64,000 nucleotides of DNA from Chloroflexota bacterium (lineage in GTDB: Bacteria; Chloroflexota; UBA11872; VXOZ01). The notes below the pieces were generated by a model. The model made no database searches. It was given only the letters and a program-made list of their open reading frames with translations, and was not told the origin of the DNA. Below are positions 54,971 through 64,000 of this stretch, in pieces (position 1 is the stretch's first letter; each line of letters starts with the position of its first letter). The stretch lies in assembly GCA_964291655.2 (NCBI GenBank), contig OZ219801.1, positions 416,001 to 480,000 on the forward strand. Reading direction: 5' to 3'. The position numbers were made by a program, and so were the translations under genes.

Positions 54971-55765
54971 ATGTCAATGAATGAGTCCCGGCCGCATGTA
55001 ACTTTTACGATGCTCTTAGATGGCTTTCGCGGTCTCGGCCTTACCGATGGCGACACGGTCATCGTCCATTCGTCCCTCTCTCGCTTTGGGTATGTCGAGG
55101 GCGGCGCTGACACTGTCGTGGACGCGCTGCTCGCCGCAGTTGGGGCTGAAGGGACGGTAGCAGTGCCTACCAGCCCAGTGATCTGGACGGGAGGATCGCA
55201 CTTCCATTACATCAAACACAACCCCATACTCGACCTGCGGGTCACCCCTTCAAAGCTCGGCGCTATCACGAACGCACTCCGGATTAGGCCGGAGGCACGG
55301 CCGTCGCTCTCCGCGTGCCACACGCTGCACGCGATCGGCGCGCGCCGGGACTGGCTGCTCGCCGGTGCGGAAACCGCCGTCTATCCCACCGGTCCCGGCA
55401 CTCCGTGGCACAGGAATTGCACGAGCGGCGGCAAAGTCTTGCTCATCGGCATCGGCCAGAATAGCAACACCACAATCCACACCATCGAAGAGGCCGGTGG
55501 CGCCCCGATCTTGAGCAGTGAAGTCTTCTATCCCATGGTGATAGACCTGGAAGGGCGCATTATCACCGTGCCCACGCGCGCCCACTTGCCAAACCATCCC
55601 CGTGCCTTCGAAAAGATGGATGCCGTCTGCCAAGAACACGGCATCATGCAGGTGGGGAAGATCGGCAACGCCACCCTCCGGCTTATCGCGGCCAAGCCGT
55701 TCCTCGAGCTTGGCATTGCCATTCTTGAAAAGGACCCGCTCTTCTTGCTAGCTCACAACCCGTAG
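54971..55765 (+). CDS. AAC(3)/YokD family N-acetyltransferase
   Basis: GDTVIVHSSLS.FG.V.GGA, GT...P and NTTIHTIEE motifs. Confidence 0.88.
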   Translation: MSMNESRPHVTFTMLLDGFRGLGLTDGDTVIVHSSLSRFGYVEGGADTVVDALLAAVGAEGTVAVPTSPVIWTGGSHFHYIKHNPILDLRVTPSKLGAITNALRIRPEARPSLSACHTLHAIGARRDWLLAGAETAVYPTGPGTPWHRNCTSGGKVLLIGIGQNSNTTIHTIEEAGGAPILSSEVFYPMVIDLEGRIITVPTRAHLPNHPRAFEKMDAVCQEHGIMQVGKIGNATLRLIAAKPFLELGIAILEKDPLFLLAHNP

Positions 55766-55923
55766 TGCACCGCGGAAGAGGGTATGGTTTCCACTGCTGG
55801 TCAAGGCTGCCTCGTGCCCCAGTCTGTGCTATGATGTAATGGCTAGCAGCGAGGTAGGAATTAGCGGACTTTACTTCCGTTATTATTGATGCAGTTTTCC
55901 GCACGCGCCTGCCGGAAGAGGGA

Positions 55924-56382
55924 ATGACCTTGGCAGCACCACGTTCGCAACTGGCAACTTCCAATGCAAAACGGCTTCTCCGGTCGTCCGGCCGCCGCTT
56001 CACGCGGCAACGCGAAGCCATTCTGAAGATCATTCGCGACCAGCCCGGGCACCTGGGGGCAGATGAAGTCTTCCAGATTGCGCGTCAACGTGGGCATCGC
56101 GTCAGTCTTTCCACGGTGTACCGCACGCTCGATCTCTTGCGGGAGCAAGGCCTGGTCGAGGCTGCGAACTTACAGCAAGACCACCGCCACTTCAAAGCTG
56201 CCGGTGATGGGGAACATCACCACCTCGTCTGTGTTTCGTGCGAGGAAGTCATCGAGTTTAGCAGTCCGCACATTGACCGTCTCAAAGAAGCTCTGCAAGA
56301 TGAGCACCGCTTCACAATCAGGAACGTGGAACTTGAAGTCGGTGGGCTCTGTTCGAATTGTGCGGCTTCTTCCACCGGGTAG
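55924..56382 (+). CDS. Fur-family transcriptional regulator
   Basis: TRQREAIL, H..A, STVYRTL, HHHLVCVSC and GLCSNC motifs. Confidence 0.93.
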   Translation: MTLAAPRSQLATSNAKRLLRSSGRRFTRQREAILKIIRDQPGHLGADEVFQIARQRGHRVSLSTVYRTLDLLREQGLVEAANLQQDHRHFKAAGDGEHHHLVCVSCEEVIEFSSPHIDRLKEALQDEHRFTIRNVELEVGGLCSNCAASSTG

Positions 56383-56427
56383 CTTTCGCGAGAGGGCTTC
56401 TCCAGATTCGGAGCACTGTGCCAAGCC

Positions 56428-56607
56428 GTGCTTCGACAAGCTCAGCACGAACGGATTGTTGGCTCTTCCACTCCCCGGTTCTTCCATTTCCCAGGTCTTC
56501 CGTTCGCCGGTTCTTCCATTCCCCGGTCTTTCGTTCCCCGGCTTTTCCCATTCGCCGGCTTATCGGTTCGCCGCCTTTTTCCGTTCGCCCTGAGCCTGTC
56601 GAAGGGC
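56428..56607. repeat. Inverted pair of ccgttc...gtcgaag elements enclosing about 7 degenerate 15-17-bp units
   Basis: Inverted copy at 56428-56454; units resembling cttccgttcgccggtt at 56465-56580; direct copy at 56581-56607. Confidence 0.85.
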
Positions 56608-56786
56608 AAGTCTGCACCGAGCAATGTATTCTATGAGATGAGTTCGAGCAGTGTTCGTGCGAGCACAGCACGTATAACCAGTGGCATGCGCGCCAAATCG
56701 CGCGGCAGCGAAAATCCTGTTCTTCCCTGCAAGAGATTTTCCCCAAGCAACTGTTGACCGTCGCAGTCGAAAGCCGCAAACGCGCG

Positions 56787-57515
56787 CTATCCACCGGCGA
56801 TCTTTAGAGCCCGTTCGTGTGCAGCCAGTTCTACGGCGTCATCGAGCGGAGGCAGCGATGTGACGCCGTACCGCCGTTTCAGGGCTTGCAGGATCAGATG
56901 GTCGGCAAAGGCCGGGTTCTTTGGCAGCAATGAGCCGTGGAGATAGGTGCCGTAGGCGTTCTTCCACTGTGCGCCTTCAGTCTGGTCCGCACCGTTATTC
57001 CCGTATCCACTTACGACGGTAGCGAGGGCAGCCTCCGGATCGCGGAGATACGTCCGTCCGCCGTGATTCTCAAAGCCAACGAGTTTTTGCCGTTTCCACG
57101 TTGTGACGATATTGCCAATGCACCGTTGGCTGTCGGCGCCGGGGTGGGACGTATGCGCCGGCAGCACCTCGATGCCGCGCAATTCGGCGCCGGTGTGGTC
57201 GCGATAGTACTCGCCAAAGAGCTGATACCCGCCACACACCGCCAGGGTGACAAGGCCGTCGCCAATCGCCTCCCGCAACACTGGACCCTTGGTCTCCACA
57301 AGGTCCTGAGAGGCCAGATACTGCTCCCGATCTTGCCCGCCGCCGACCAGAAGAATGTCGAGCTCTGCGGCATGGCGTAGCGGCCCGGGACCAATGTTCC
57401 GCAGCTCCACGTCAAAACCACGCCACCGGCAGCGACGTTCCAGGCAGATCACGTTGCCACGATCTGCATACATGTTCATAAGATGCGGATAGAGATGCCC
57501 TATGACAATCTTCAT
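56787..57515 (-). CDS. gatD: Lipid II isoglutaminyl synthase glutaminase subunit (CobQ/GatD)
   Basis: HLYP..MN.Y.DRGN, GGGQDREQ, VCGGYQL, GFENHGG and TYLHGSLLPKNP motifs. Confidence 0.9.
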   Translation of the reverse strand: MKIVIGHLYPHLMNMYADRGNVICLERRCRWRGFDVELRNIGPGPLRHAAELDILLVGGGQDREQYLASQDLVETKGPVLREAIGDGLVTLAVCGGYQLFGEYYRDHTGAELRGIEVLPAHTSHPGADSQRCIGNIVTTWKRQKLVGFENHGGRTYLRDPEAALATVVSGYGNNGADQTEGAQWKNAYGTYLHGSLLPKNPAFADHLILQALKRRYGVTSLPPLDDAVELAAHERALKIAGG

Positions 57516-57536
57516 GCAAGGCACTCCCTGGAGAAA

Positions 57537-57602
57537 CTTGCACAGCCGGGACCGGCAAGCGAGGATGCCCTTGCACAGCCGGGGCCGGCAGGCGAAGAGA
57601 CT
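57537..57602. repeat. 33-bp tandem duplication
   Basis: cttgcacagccgggRccggcaRgcgaRga occurs twice, at 57537 and 57570. Confidence 0.75.
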
Positions 57603-57617
57603 CCCTCTCCCTGGGGA

Positions 57618-57905
57618 TGTATAGACCGGGTACATGGGTTACACATGTTCGGGCTCATAGGTAACACCATAGAACGAGGGGATTTTCGTAGTATGCGATG
57701 TCCTTGCCTTGAAAGTTAGATCCACTCAATATCCTTATGCACACTGTTTGTTTCTCTGGCACAAGCTGACAGGCTGAAAGTGAGTGCACTGTGTCGCCAG
57801 TCTCTTTTCAAACCCGGACCAACCCAAAGCTCTCGTAGGTGTCAATCAGTAAAATGTGTAACCCATGTCTCCGAACAACTGTTACCTATGTCCCCGGTCT
57901 CTACA
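57618..57905. mobile_element. 288-bp non-autonomous IS481-like MITE with a 5-bp target duplication
   Basis: TGT...ACA ends; about 50-bp imperfect TIRs, each with two catRggtWaca motifs; gggga at 57613-57617 and 57906-57910. Confidence 0.85.
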
Positions 57906-57970
57906 GGGGAGAGGGCCGGGGTGAGGGGCCATCTTCACTGATCCAACTCTTTTCCGCCCATTGACCATAG

Positions 57971-59389
57971 TTACGCAAGGGATTCCTCCCAGAAGTGGCG
58001 AACAAGCCCTCGCTCAGCCCAGACCTTGCGCAATTCAAGCATTCCGGTATATGTGGCAAGGATGAAAAGCGTCCCTTCCACAGGCGTGGCGTCAACGGCA
58101 TAGTCGAACGCATGCGCGATGTTGCCCCTCGCAGTAATGTTGCCGCTCCCAGCGTACTTCAAGCGCACCGCCATGTCCTCCGCGCGGCGGCCGCCGGTTG
58201 TAACCGTGGCGTTTGCCAAGCACTCAAAATCAACGTCCCAAATCCACGAAACATCATGCCCGTCAGCCGCGCGATCTTGGAGAATTGCAAGCACGTGCAA
58301 CGGCCCGTCCTCGGCGGCCAGTAGCCGCAATACTTGATTTGCTCCGATAGGATTCTTTATAAGAAGCAGCCACACTGTCCGCCCATCAGACTCTACAACC
58401 TCAGCGCGCCCAAAAGCGGAGACTGTCGCGCTGAGACCCTCGGAAACCGTATGTTCAGGCACCTCAAGGTACCGGGCCGCCGCAGTGGCGGCGAGCGCAT
58501 TGTAGACGTTGTAGAGCCCCGGCACACGCAGATGTACCCTCAGCTCCGATTCCGGCACTGCGATGGTGAGGTCCGCACCGGCAAAGCCATGCAAGACAAC
58601 CTTTGTCGCCCGCACATCGCGATGAGGTTGCCGCCAGCCGCACGCAGGGCAGGCAAACTCCCCAAGGTGTCCGTAGTAAGCAGCGGCATACTGCAATGGC
58701 TCTGCGTCATGCGGGCAGTAATGTGAGTCAGCAGCCAATTCAATACCATCCCGCGCCACGTCAGGATCATCAAGGCCAAAATAGCCCACCGGACCAACGT
58801 AGGATTCACCCAAGCTGGCAACTAACGGATCATCCCCATTCAAAAGCAACGCCGTGGCAGAATCCAACTGTGCGAATGCGGAGCGCAGGCCTGCGGCAAT
58901 TGTCTGCACCTCGCCGTAGCGGTCGAGCTGATCGCGAAAAAGATTTGTCACGACAATGCAGGCGGGCCGATGCTGGCGGAGTGCTTGTACAATTGCCGCC
59001 TCGTCCAGCTCCAAGACGGCAACGCTGTCCGGCGCAAGACGCAGTCTGCCGTGCCATCCGGTGTGTTCGAGAAACAGGCTCAAGACACCGCGTGTCAGGT
59101 TAGACCCTGTAGCGTTGTGCAGAACTGAGCGGCCGCCAACGGCAAGAATGTTGCGCAGCAATGCGGCAGTTGTCGTCTTGCCGTTAGTGCCGGTGACGAA
59201 GACGGTGCCCGCCGGCACTTGGCTCAGCAAGACTCCAAGTAAGTCCGGTGCCAGGTGCTCCGCCACCAGTCCCGGGAGCGCCGTGCCCCCGCCCCGTTGC
59301 AGGCGGCGCGAAAACACGCCTGCAATCTTGGCTATCAGAATCGCGATGGTCCGACGCAATGGGGAGAAAGAGTACCGTCGGTCATCCAC
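57971..59389 (-). CDS. murT: Lipid II isoglutaminyl synthase Mur-ligase subunit (MurT, DUF1727)
   Basis: GGTALPG, TGTNGKTTT, NLFRDQLDRYGE, Zn-finger-like segment, KNP.G and DG.DVSWIWD motifs. Confidence 0.92.
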   Translation of the reverse strand: MDDRRYSFSPLRRTIAILIAKIAGVFSRRLQRGGGTALPGLVAEHLAPDLLGVLLSQVPAGTVFVTGTNGKTTTAALLRNILAVGGRSVLHNATGSNLTRGVLSLFLEHTGWHGRLRLAPDSVAVLELDEAAIVQALRQHRPACIVVTNLFRDQLDRYGEVQTIAAGLRSAFAQLDSATALLLNGDDPLVASLGESYVGPVGYFGLDDPDVARDGIELAADSHYCPHDAEPLQYAAAYYGHLGEFACPACGWRQPHRDVRATKVVLHGFAGADLTIAVPESELRVHLRVPGLYNVYNALAATAAARYLEVPEHTVSEGLSATVSAFGRAEVVESDGRTVWLLLIKNPIGANQVLRLLAAEDGPLHVLAILQDRAADGHDVSWIWDVDFECLANATVTTGGRRAEDMAVRLKYAGSGNITARGNIAHAFDYAVDATPVEGTLFILATYTGMLELRKVWAERGLVRHFWEESLA

Positions 59390-59575
59390 ATTCTTCGTCC
59401 ATATCCCACGGCAACCGGCGTAGGCGGGTACCTTATGCGCACCGCAAGAATCCTAATCTGACTGCCGGCTACGGCGTCGTCGCTCTGCTCTGGCAATAGA
59501 ACTGACATTGCCGCAGAGACAATTGATATTGCAGTACGGGATTCGTGTTGAAGAGAGTCGATAGACCGCAAGCGC

Positions 59576-59905
59576 CTAAAAGCGCTCGAACCGCTCAACA
59601 TCTAGCACGAATACGACGGCTCCACCCACCTGCACCTCAACCGGATAGGGCATGTAGAACTCGCCCGGCTCCATTGCAGGCGGCACAGGGTTGACATACT
59701 GCATGCGGGTCGTGCAATTTCGGCGGACAACCACCAGTACCTCGCTGACTTTCTCTTCCTCCACGCCCACCAGCACCGTGGCGTTGCCATGCCGCAAAAA
59801 GCCACCGGCAGTATTGATGCGCGTCGCGCCAAAGCCGGCTTGCACCAGGTTGTCTATAAGGTTTCCCGCGTCCTCGTCTTGGACAATCGCCACGACGAGT
59901 TTCAT
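59576..59905 (-). CDS. darA: Cyclic-di-AMP receptor, PII-like (DarA/PstA/YaaQ)
   Basis: MKLVVAIVQDEDA, GGFLR.GN.T.L.G and VEV.VGGA.VFV motifs. Confidence 0.92.
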   Translation of the reverse strand: MKLVVAIVQDEDAGNLIDNLVQAGFGATRINTAGGFLRHGNATVLVGVEEEKVSEVLVVVRRNCTTRMQYVNPVPPAMEPGEFYMPYPVEVQVGGAVVFVLDVERFERF

Positions 59906-60135
59906 GTTTTCGTCCACGCTGCAAAACTCCTTGCCGAGGAACTCTCCTAACCAAATGGGGCCGTGGCTACGAGTATGGAGTTCTTCCTAAATTGATTTCT
60001 CTTCAGCTCTGCCCAGCACATCTACCGTCCCAAGGCAGTGCCTCGCTTTCCCGACCTTCGATGTTCCTCAAGTGCGCTGGCGAAGAATCAACCACATACC
60101 ACGCCGCAACATCGTAGTATTGCAACGCACCCCTG

Positions 60136-61215
60136 CTAGCGCAGACGCTCAATGAGGGCATCCGCCACCCCAGACGTGCCGGCTGCGGTTGGGTCATTGC
60201 GGTCGGGCTTCATGTCGTAGGTGACGTGCTTGCCTTCCGCGATGACGTCCGCGAGCGCAGTCTCCATCCGTTCCGCGGCCTCGCGCTCGCCAATGTGGCG
60301 CAGCATCATCACCGCCGAAAACATCTGGGCCATGGGATTTACCTTGTTCTGGCCGGTGTATTTGGGCGCACTGCCGTGAATTGGCTCGAAAAGCGCCATT
60401 TGGTCGCCGATGTTGGCACCGGGAGCAACACCCAGACCTCCAACCAGCCCGGCACAGAGATCGGACAGAATGTCGCCGTAAAGATTCGGCATGACCATAA
60501 CGTCGAATTGTTCCGGCCGACGCACCAGTTGCATACAGGTAGCATCCACGATCATGTCCCAAAATTCGATTTCGGGATAGTCTTCCGCAACTTCACGTGC
60601 CACACGGAGGAAAAGGCCGTCCGAGTGCTTTTGAATGTTCGCCTTGTGAATTGCGGTAACCGTCTTGCGTCCATTCGCCCGGGCGTACTCGAAAGCGAAC
60701 TTTACAATGCGGCGAGAACCCTCTACGGTAATTGGCTTAATCGTGATTCCCGCGTCCATTGGAATCTGACTACCGTGATGGGCACGGATGAAGTGGATGA
60801 GCTCCAAGGCACTCCCAGTGCCTTCCTCAAACTCAATTCCCGCATAGAGGTCTTCGAGGTTCTCACGCACTACCACAATGTCAATCGCATCAAAGCGCGT
60901 TTGCACACCGGTATAGCTCCTGCACGGCCGCAAGTTGGCGTAGCACTTCAGTTCCTTGCGCAACGTGACGTTTAGGCTGCGAAACCCTGTGCCCACGGGA
61001 GTCGTAATCGGCCCCTTGATTCCCACTTTATTCCGTCGCAATGAATCTATGACTGATTGCGGCAGCAGTTCGCCGGTCTTCTCAAAGACGTGCAGACCCG
61101 CTTCTTGGACGTCCCACGAAATGCCGACATCCAACGCCTCAACGACGCGGCAGGTTGCTTCCGTAATCTCTGGACCGACGCCATCGCCCGGAATCAGCGT
61201 AATTGTATACCCCAC
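60136..61215 (-). CDS. Isocitrate/isopropylmalate dehydrogenase family (probably NAD-dependent isocitrate dehydrogenase)
   Basis: IPGDGVGPEI, KGPITTPVG.GFRSLNV, HKANI, NLYGDILSD and FEPIHGSAPK motifs. Confidence 0.9.
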   Translation of the reverse strand: MGYTITLIPGDGVGPEITEATCRVVEALDVGISWDVQEAGLHVFEKTGELLPQSVIDSLRRNKVGIKGPITTPVGTGFRSLNVTLRKELKCYANLRPCRSYTGVQTRFDAIDIVVVRENLEDLYAGIEFEEGTGSALELIHFIRAHHGSQIPMDAGITIKPITVEGSRRIVKFAFEYARANGRKTVTAIHKANIQKHSDGLFLRVAREVAEDYPEIEFWDMIVDATCMQLVRRPEQFDVMVMPNLYGDILSDLCAGLVGGLGVAPGANIGDQMALFEPIHGSAPKYTGQNKVNPMAQMFSAVMMLRHIGEREAAERMETALADVIAEGKHVTYDMKPDRNDPTAAGTSGVADALIERLR

Positions 61216-61606
61216 TCAGTTTTCTCCTGTCTCTAGTTACCGATGTCCCGCACAATCTACGCAGAGTCCTCAGCAAGGGTGATCTGGTTAAGCATTGTGC
61301 ACTCAAAGTAGCTGCGTCTATTCATTGTCGCAGCCAATCCAACAGAATCGCCCGACCTTCATTCAGCACACCCACTGCTGCGCGTGGGCAGCAGTGGGTG
61401 CACCATTGGCGACACATTAGCTGCACTTGCTCATCGCGGCCGGGAATGAACTCACGAAATGGACGATTGCTATTCCTAACTCGCATTATATACTGAGACT
61501 ATGTGGTTCGCCATTGACGCGAGCGGGAGATACCATCGCAGGTAGGCTCGCCGCCGGAGCAAGAAATCCACCTACACGTGGCGTGCGACAATTGGAGCAC
61601 CTTGCC

Positions 61607-62065
61607 ATGAAGCAGAAACTCACATGGGTCTTTGTCCTCGGCTTTTCCGGGTTAATTGGCCTTTTTCTTCTTGTCCTCACTGCGCCGCGCAACCACGTTT
61701 ACGATCCACGCATTGACGAGAGAGACACGGAGATTGTGACCAAGAGGCCCCAGGATATCATGGATGACATCCTGGCTCAGGCTGAGGGTCTGCCCAAACA
61801 AGACTTGGAGATTTTCGAAGTCGACGCTTCCCCGCCCTCGTGGGTCCGCTATTACCCCATACGACGCTATACGGTCACGCGCGTGCGCATTCGCGCCAAT
61901 GAACCGATTTGGCTCGACGCATTTATACCGGAACCAACCTACGAGTACATTATGACGGTTGATGTCGAGTATGCTGATCGGGACACGCGCGAAATCACCG
62001 TAAACGTTACGCGCCCTGGGTTATTCACCGGCTTTTCTATTCGTACGTCGCTCTTCAGCCCGTAG
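61607..62065 (+). CDS. Hypothetical membrane-anchored protein
   Basis: GGAG RBS, ATG at 61607, N-terminal hydrophobic helix. Confidence 0.6.
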   Translation: MKQKLTWVFVLGFSGLIGLFLLVLTAPRNHVYDPRIDERDTEIVTKRPQDIMDDILAQAEGLPKQDLEIFEVDASPPSWVRYYPIRRYTVTRVRIRANEPIWLDAFIPEPTYEYIMTVDVEYADRDTREITVNVTRPGLFTGFSIRTSLFSP

Positions 62066-62246
62066 GGACCCCGGCAAGGGGCTAGTCCCGGCAGTCGCAG
62101 GATTTGCCGTCATTGACCGCCGCATCAACTCTGATTCCCATTGGCGCCGCCAGCGTGTTAATAGACTGCCGCCGGTTCAAGAGGCCAGTTCGACAACGAG
62201 CCGCGTCTGCTGCCCTGATGCGACACTTACCGTTCAGTGACCCGTT

Positions 62247-62275
62247 TTGCCTGGTGTACGCATCCTCTATACAAT
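62247..62275 (+). promoter_or_regulatory. Sigma70-type promoter
   Basis: ttgcct-17 bp-tacaat. Confidence 0.6.
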
Positions 62276-62523
62276 TGAGACGGAATATCAAGAAAGCCGA
62301 CCCAAGCGAAGCTGACTGACTTTCTTTGTTTGTTTCGAGCGCGCTTCATAGCCGGTCTCCTTTAGAACGAAGGGTAACCGGATTCAACCTCGGCAATCCG
62401 GGAGTCCACGTCTCTGAGACGGACTTGGTAGGAATGAAGTCCCATGCCGTTTGACCCTGGTCACTCTGTCCTTGGAGTGTACAATTCCGCAACATCCACA
62501 TAGAGGGAGCGTCGACAGATCAA

Positions 62524-63225
62524 ATGCAAGCGATTATTCTCGCCGGGGGGCTAGGAGAGCGACTGCGGCCGTACACATCCGACCGCCCCAAGACCATGGT
62601 AGAGGCCTGCGGTGTCCCAATTCTCGCATATCAGCTTGCGTGGCTTAGAGACAGTGGCGTTTCGCGCTTTGTCATTTCGTGCGGCTACCGGCACGACGTT
62701 ATTCAGGATCGCTTTGGCGATGGCGGAGCAATTGGCGTTCAGATTGAGTACGCGATTGAGTACGAGAAGCTCGGGACAGGAGGCGGGCTGAAGCTAGCGC
62801 TTGGGATGGCAGATTCTTCCGACCCATTCATCCTTGCGACGAATGGCGACATTCTCACGAGTATGGACATATCTTCGCTCGTGGACGTGCATGTGGAAGG
62901 CGAAAACACTGCTACGCTTTCGCTGACGCAACTGCAGAGTCCATATGGCATCGTCGAATCGAACGACGCGCACAAGGTGACCGCATTCCACGAGAAACCG
63001 CTCTTACCCCATTGGCTGAGTGCCGGCATCTATGCGCTGTCACCAGCCATCAGGGATCTGTTGCCGGACAAGGGTGATCACGAGCGGAGCACGTTTCCCC
63101 ACATTGCCCAAGAAGGCAAACTGGGCGCCTATAGGTCGCATGCATACTGGCGCGCGATCGATACGGCCAAAGACCTATCTGAAGCCGAGATCGAGCTAGC
63201 GGAGAACCCACTCCCCCATGTCTGA
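62524..63225 (+). CDS. NDP-sugar pyrophosphorylase-family nucleotidyltransferase
   Basis: ILAGGLGERLRPYT..PK, LGTGG, NGD, YG and EKP motifs. Confidence 0.9.
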   Translation: MQAIILAGGLGERLRPYTSDRPKTMVEACGVPILAYQLAWLRDSGVSRFVISCGYRHDVIQDRFGDGGAIGVQIEYAIEYEKLGTGGGLKLALGMADSSDPFILATNGDILTSMDISSLVDVHVEGENTATLSLTQLQSPYGIVESNDAHKVTAFHEKPLLPHWLSAGIYALSPAIRDLLPDKGDHERSTFPHIAQEGKLGAYRSHAYWRAIDTAKDLSEAEIELAENPLPHV

Positions 63226-63955
63226 GCATCCACCAACCGGTAAGAGCACAGGCTTCGACTATGAGGCCTGGAAAGAAGAGGTCGACAACGAGACTCTCAA
63301 GCAGTCTATGCAGGTCTACTACGACCAGCGCGCCGGAGAATACGTAGACTGGTTTCTCCGTACAGGGCTCTACGATCGACCGGAAACAAACGAGCCCTTT
63401 CTCAGTGGCTTGCGGAAACTTGAGGAGGATTTGGCCGCATTTGGTGAAGGGAGCATTTTGGAAGTCGCTTGCGGAATTGGCTGGTGGACTTCACTGCTGG
63501 CCCAGTCCGGTCTGGACGTTACCGCGCTCGACTACGGACCGCACATGTTGGCAGAGTGCCGCAAGCGCCTAAGCCTGAACAACACCCATGCCACGCTCGT
63601 GCGCGCCAGTGCCTACGAGCTGCCGTTTGCAGACAGTTCCGTTGATGGCTGCTTCTTCGGCTTCTTTTTCAGTCATGTGCCCCATGACGACGTCTCTCCC
63701 TTCCTCAGCGAAGTGAGGCGCGTGGTGCGCCCCGGCGGGAGCGTTTGTATATTCGATTCAAGCTTACCGTCACTCGACGATGTTGAGACCGAAATACAAC
63801 AGCGACCTCTGCGAGATGGTTCCCTCCACCCCGCCCTGAAGGTTTACTACGGCGCCAGGGGGCTCGCTCGTGTACTGGAACCGTTCGCTGAGCAGCTCTC
63901 CATCAAGAAGGTAGAGGGCCTCTTCATCACTGCGCACTACCGGTCGCGGGGCTGA
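63218..63955 (+). CDS. Class I SAM-dependent methyltransferase
   Basis: YYDQRA.EY, LEVACGIG, LPF.D.S.D and RVVRPGG motifs. Confidence 0.88.
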   Translation: MSEHPPTGKSTGFDYEAWKEEVDNETLKQSMQVYYDQRAGEYVDWFLRTGLYDRPETNEPFLSGLRKLEEDLAAFGEGSILEVACGIGWWTSLLAQSGLDVTALDYGPHMLAECRKRLSLNNTHATLVRASAYELPFADSSVDGCFFGFFFSHVPHDDVSPFLSEVRRVVRPGGSVCIFDSSLPSLDDVETEIQQRPLRDGSLHPALKVYYGARGLARVLEPFAEQLSIKKVEGLFITAHYRSRG

Positions 63956-64000
63956 GGATTGCGCAGAGAGCACGACAATGGTGTGAACTTTCAGCCTCGT

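Noticed and set aside
54971-55765. Acquired aminoglycoside resistance gene
   Set aside because: It is only a family-level AAC(3)/YokD match with host-like composition and no integron or transposase context.
61368-61401. 13-bp perfect hairpin cacccactgctgc/gcagcagtgggtg
   Set aside because: It is real but isolated, single-copy in the window and has no U-tract, so no function can be supported.
62405-62430. TPP or SAM-I riboswitch (ctgaga, cggcaa fragments)
   Set aside because: The other required conserved segments (gaacctgat..., or atc.agag/ggtgc.aa.tcc) are absent.

Overview
This is a GC-rich bacterial chromosome segment; gene content and signal-peptide style suggest a Chloroflexota-like organism (inference only). 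It is mostly housekeeping: gpsA, queA, pcrA, an Fe(III)-type ABC transporter, murG-like, rsmD-nudix-recG-fakA, rpmB, nusB-accC-fabG-fabD-rpmF-yceD-coaD, a PyrR-attenuated pyrR-pyrB-pyrC-carA-carB-pyrK operon, gyrB, a GT4/GH57 pair, carbohydrate/sulfatase catabolic genes, a Fur-family regulator, murT/gatD, darA and an isocitrate dehydrogenase-like gene. I found no tRNA, rRNA, CRISPR array, transposase, integrase or defence gene. The unusual signal is intergenic. At least five families of short palindromic (REP-like) elements are stacked between genes. One family (ccgttcgtgctgagcctgtcgaag) shows the same architecture at three independent loci: an inverted copy, then a tandem 'stutter' array of its own 5' end, then a full copy. 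There are also two TGT...ACA non-autonomous IS481-like MITEs, one inserted with a 5-bp duplication into a REP palindrome between murT and gatD. Candidate structured RNAs lie upstream of the iron transporter and of the nucleotidyltransferase. All calls come from reading the sequence by eye; no searches or folding programs were run.
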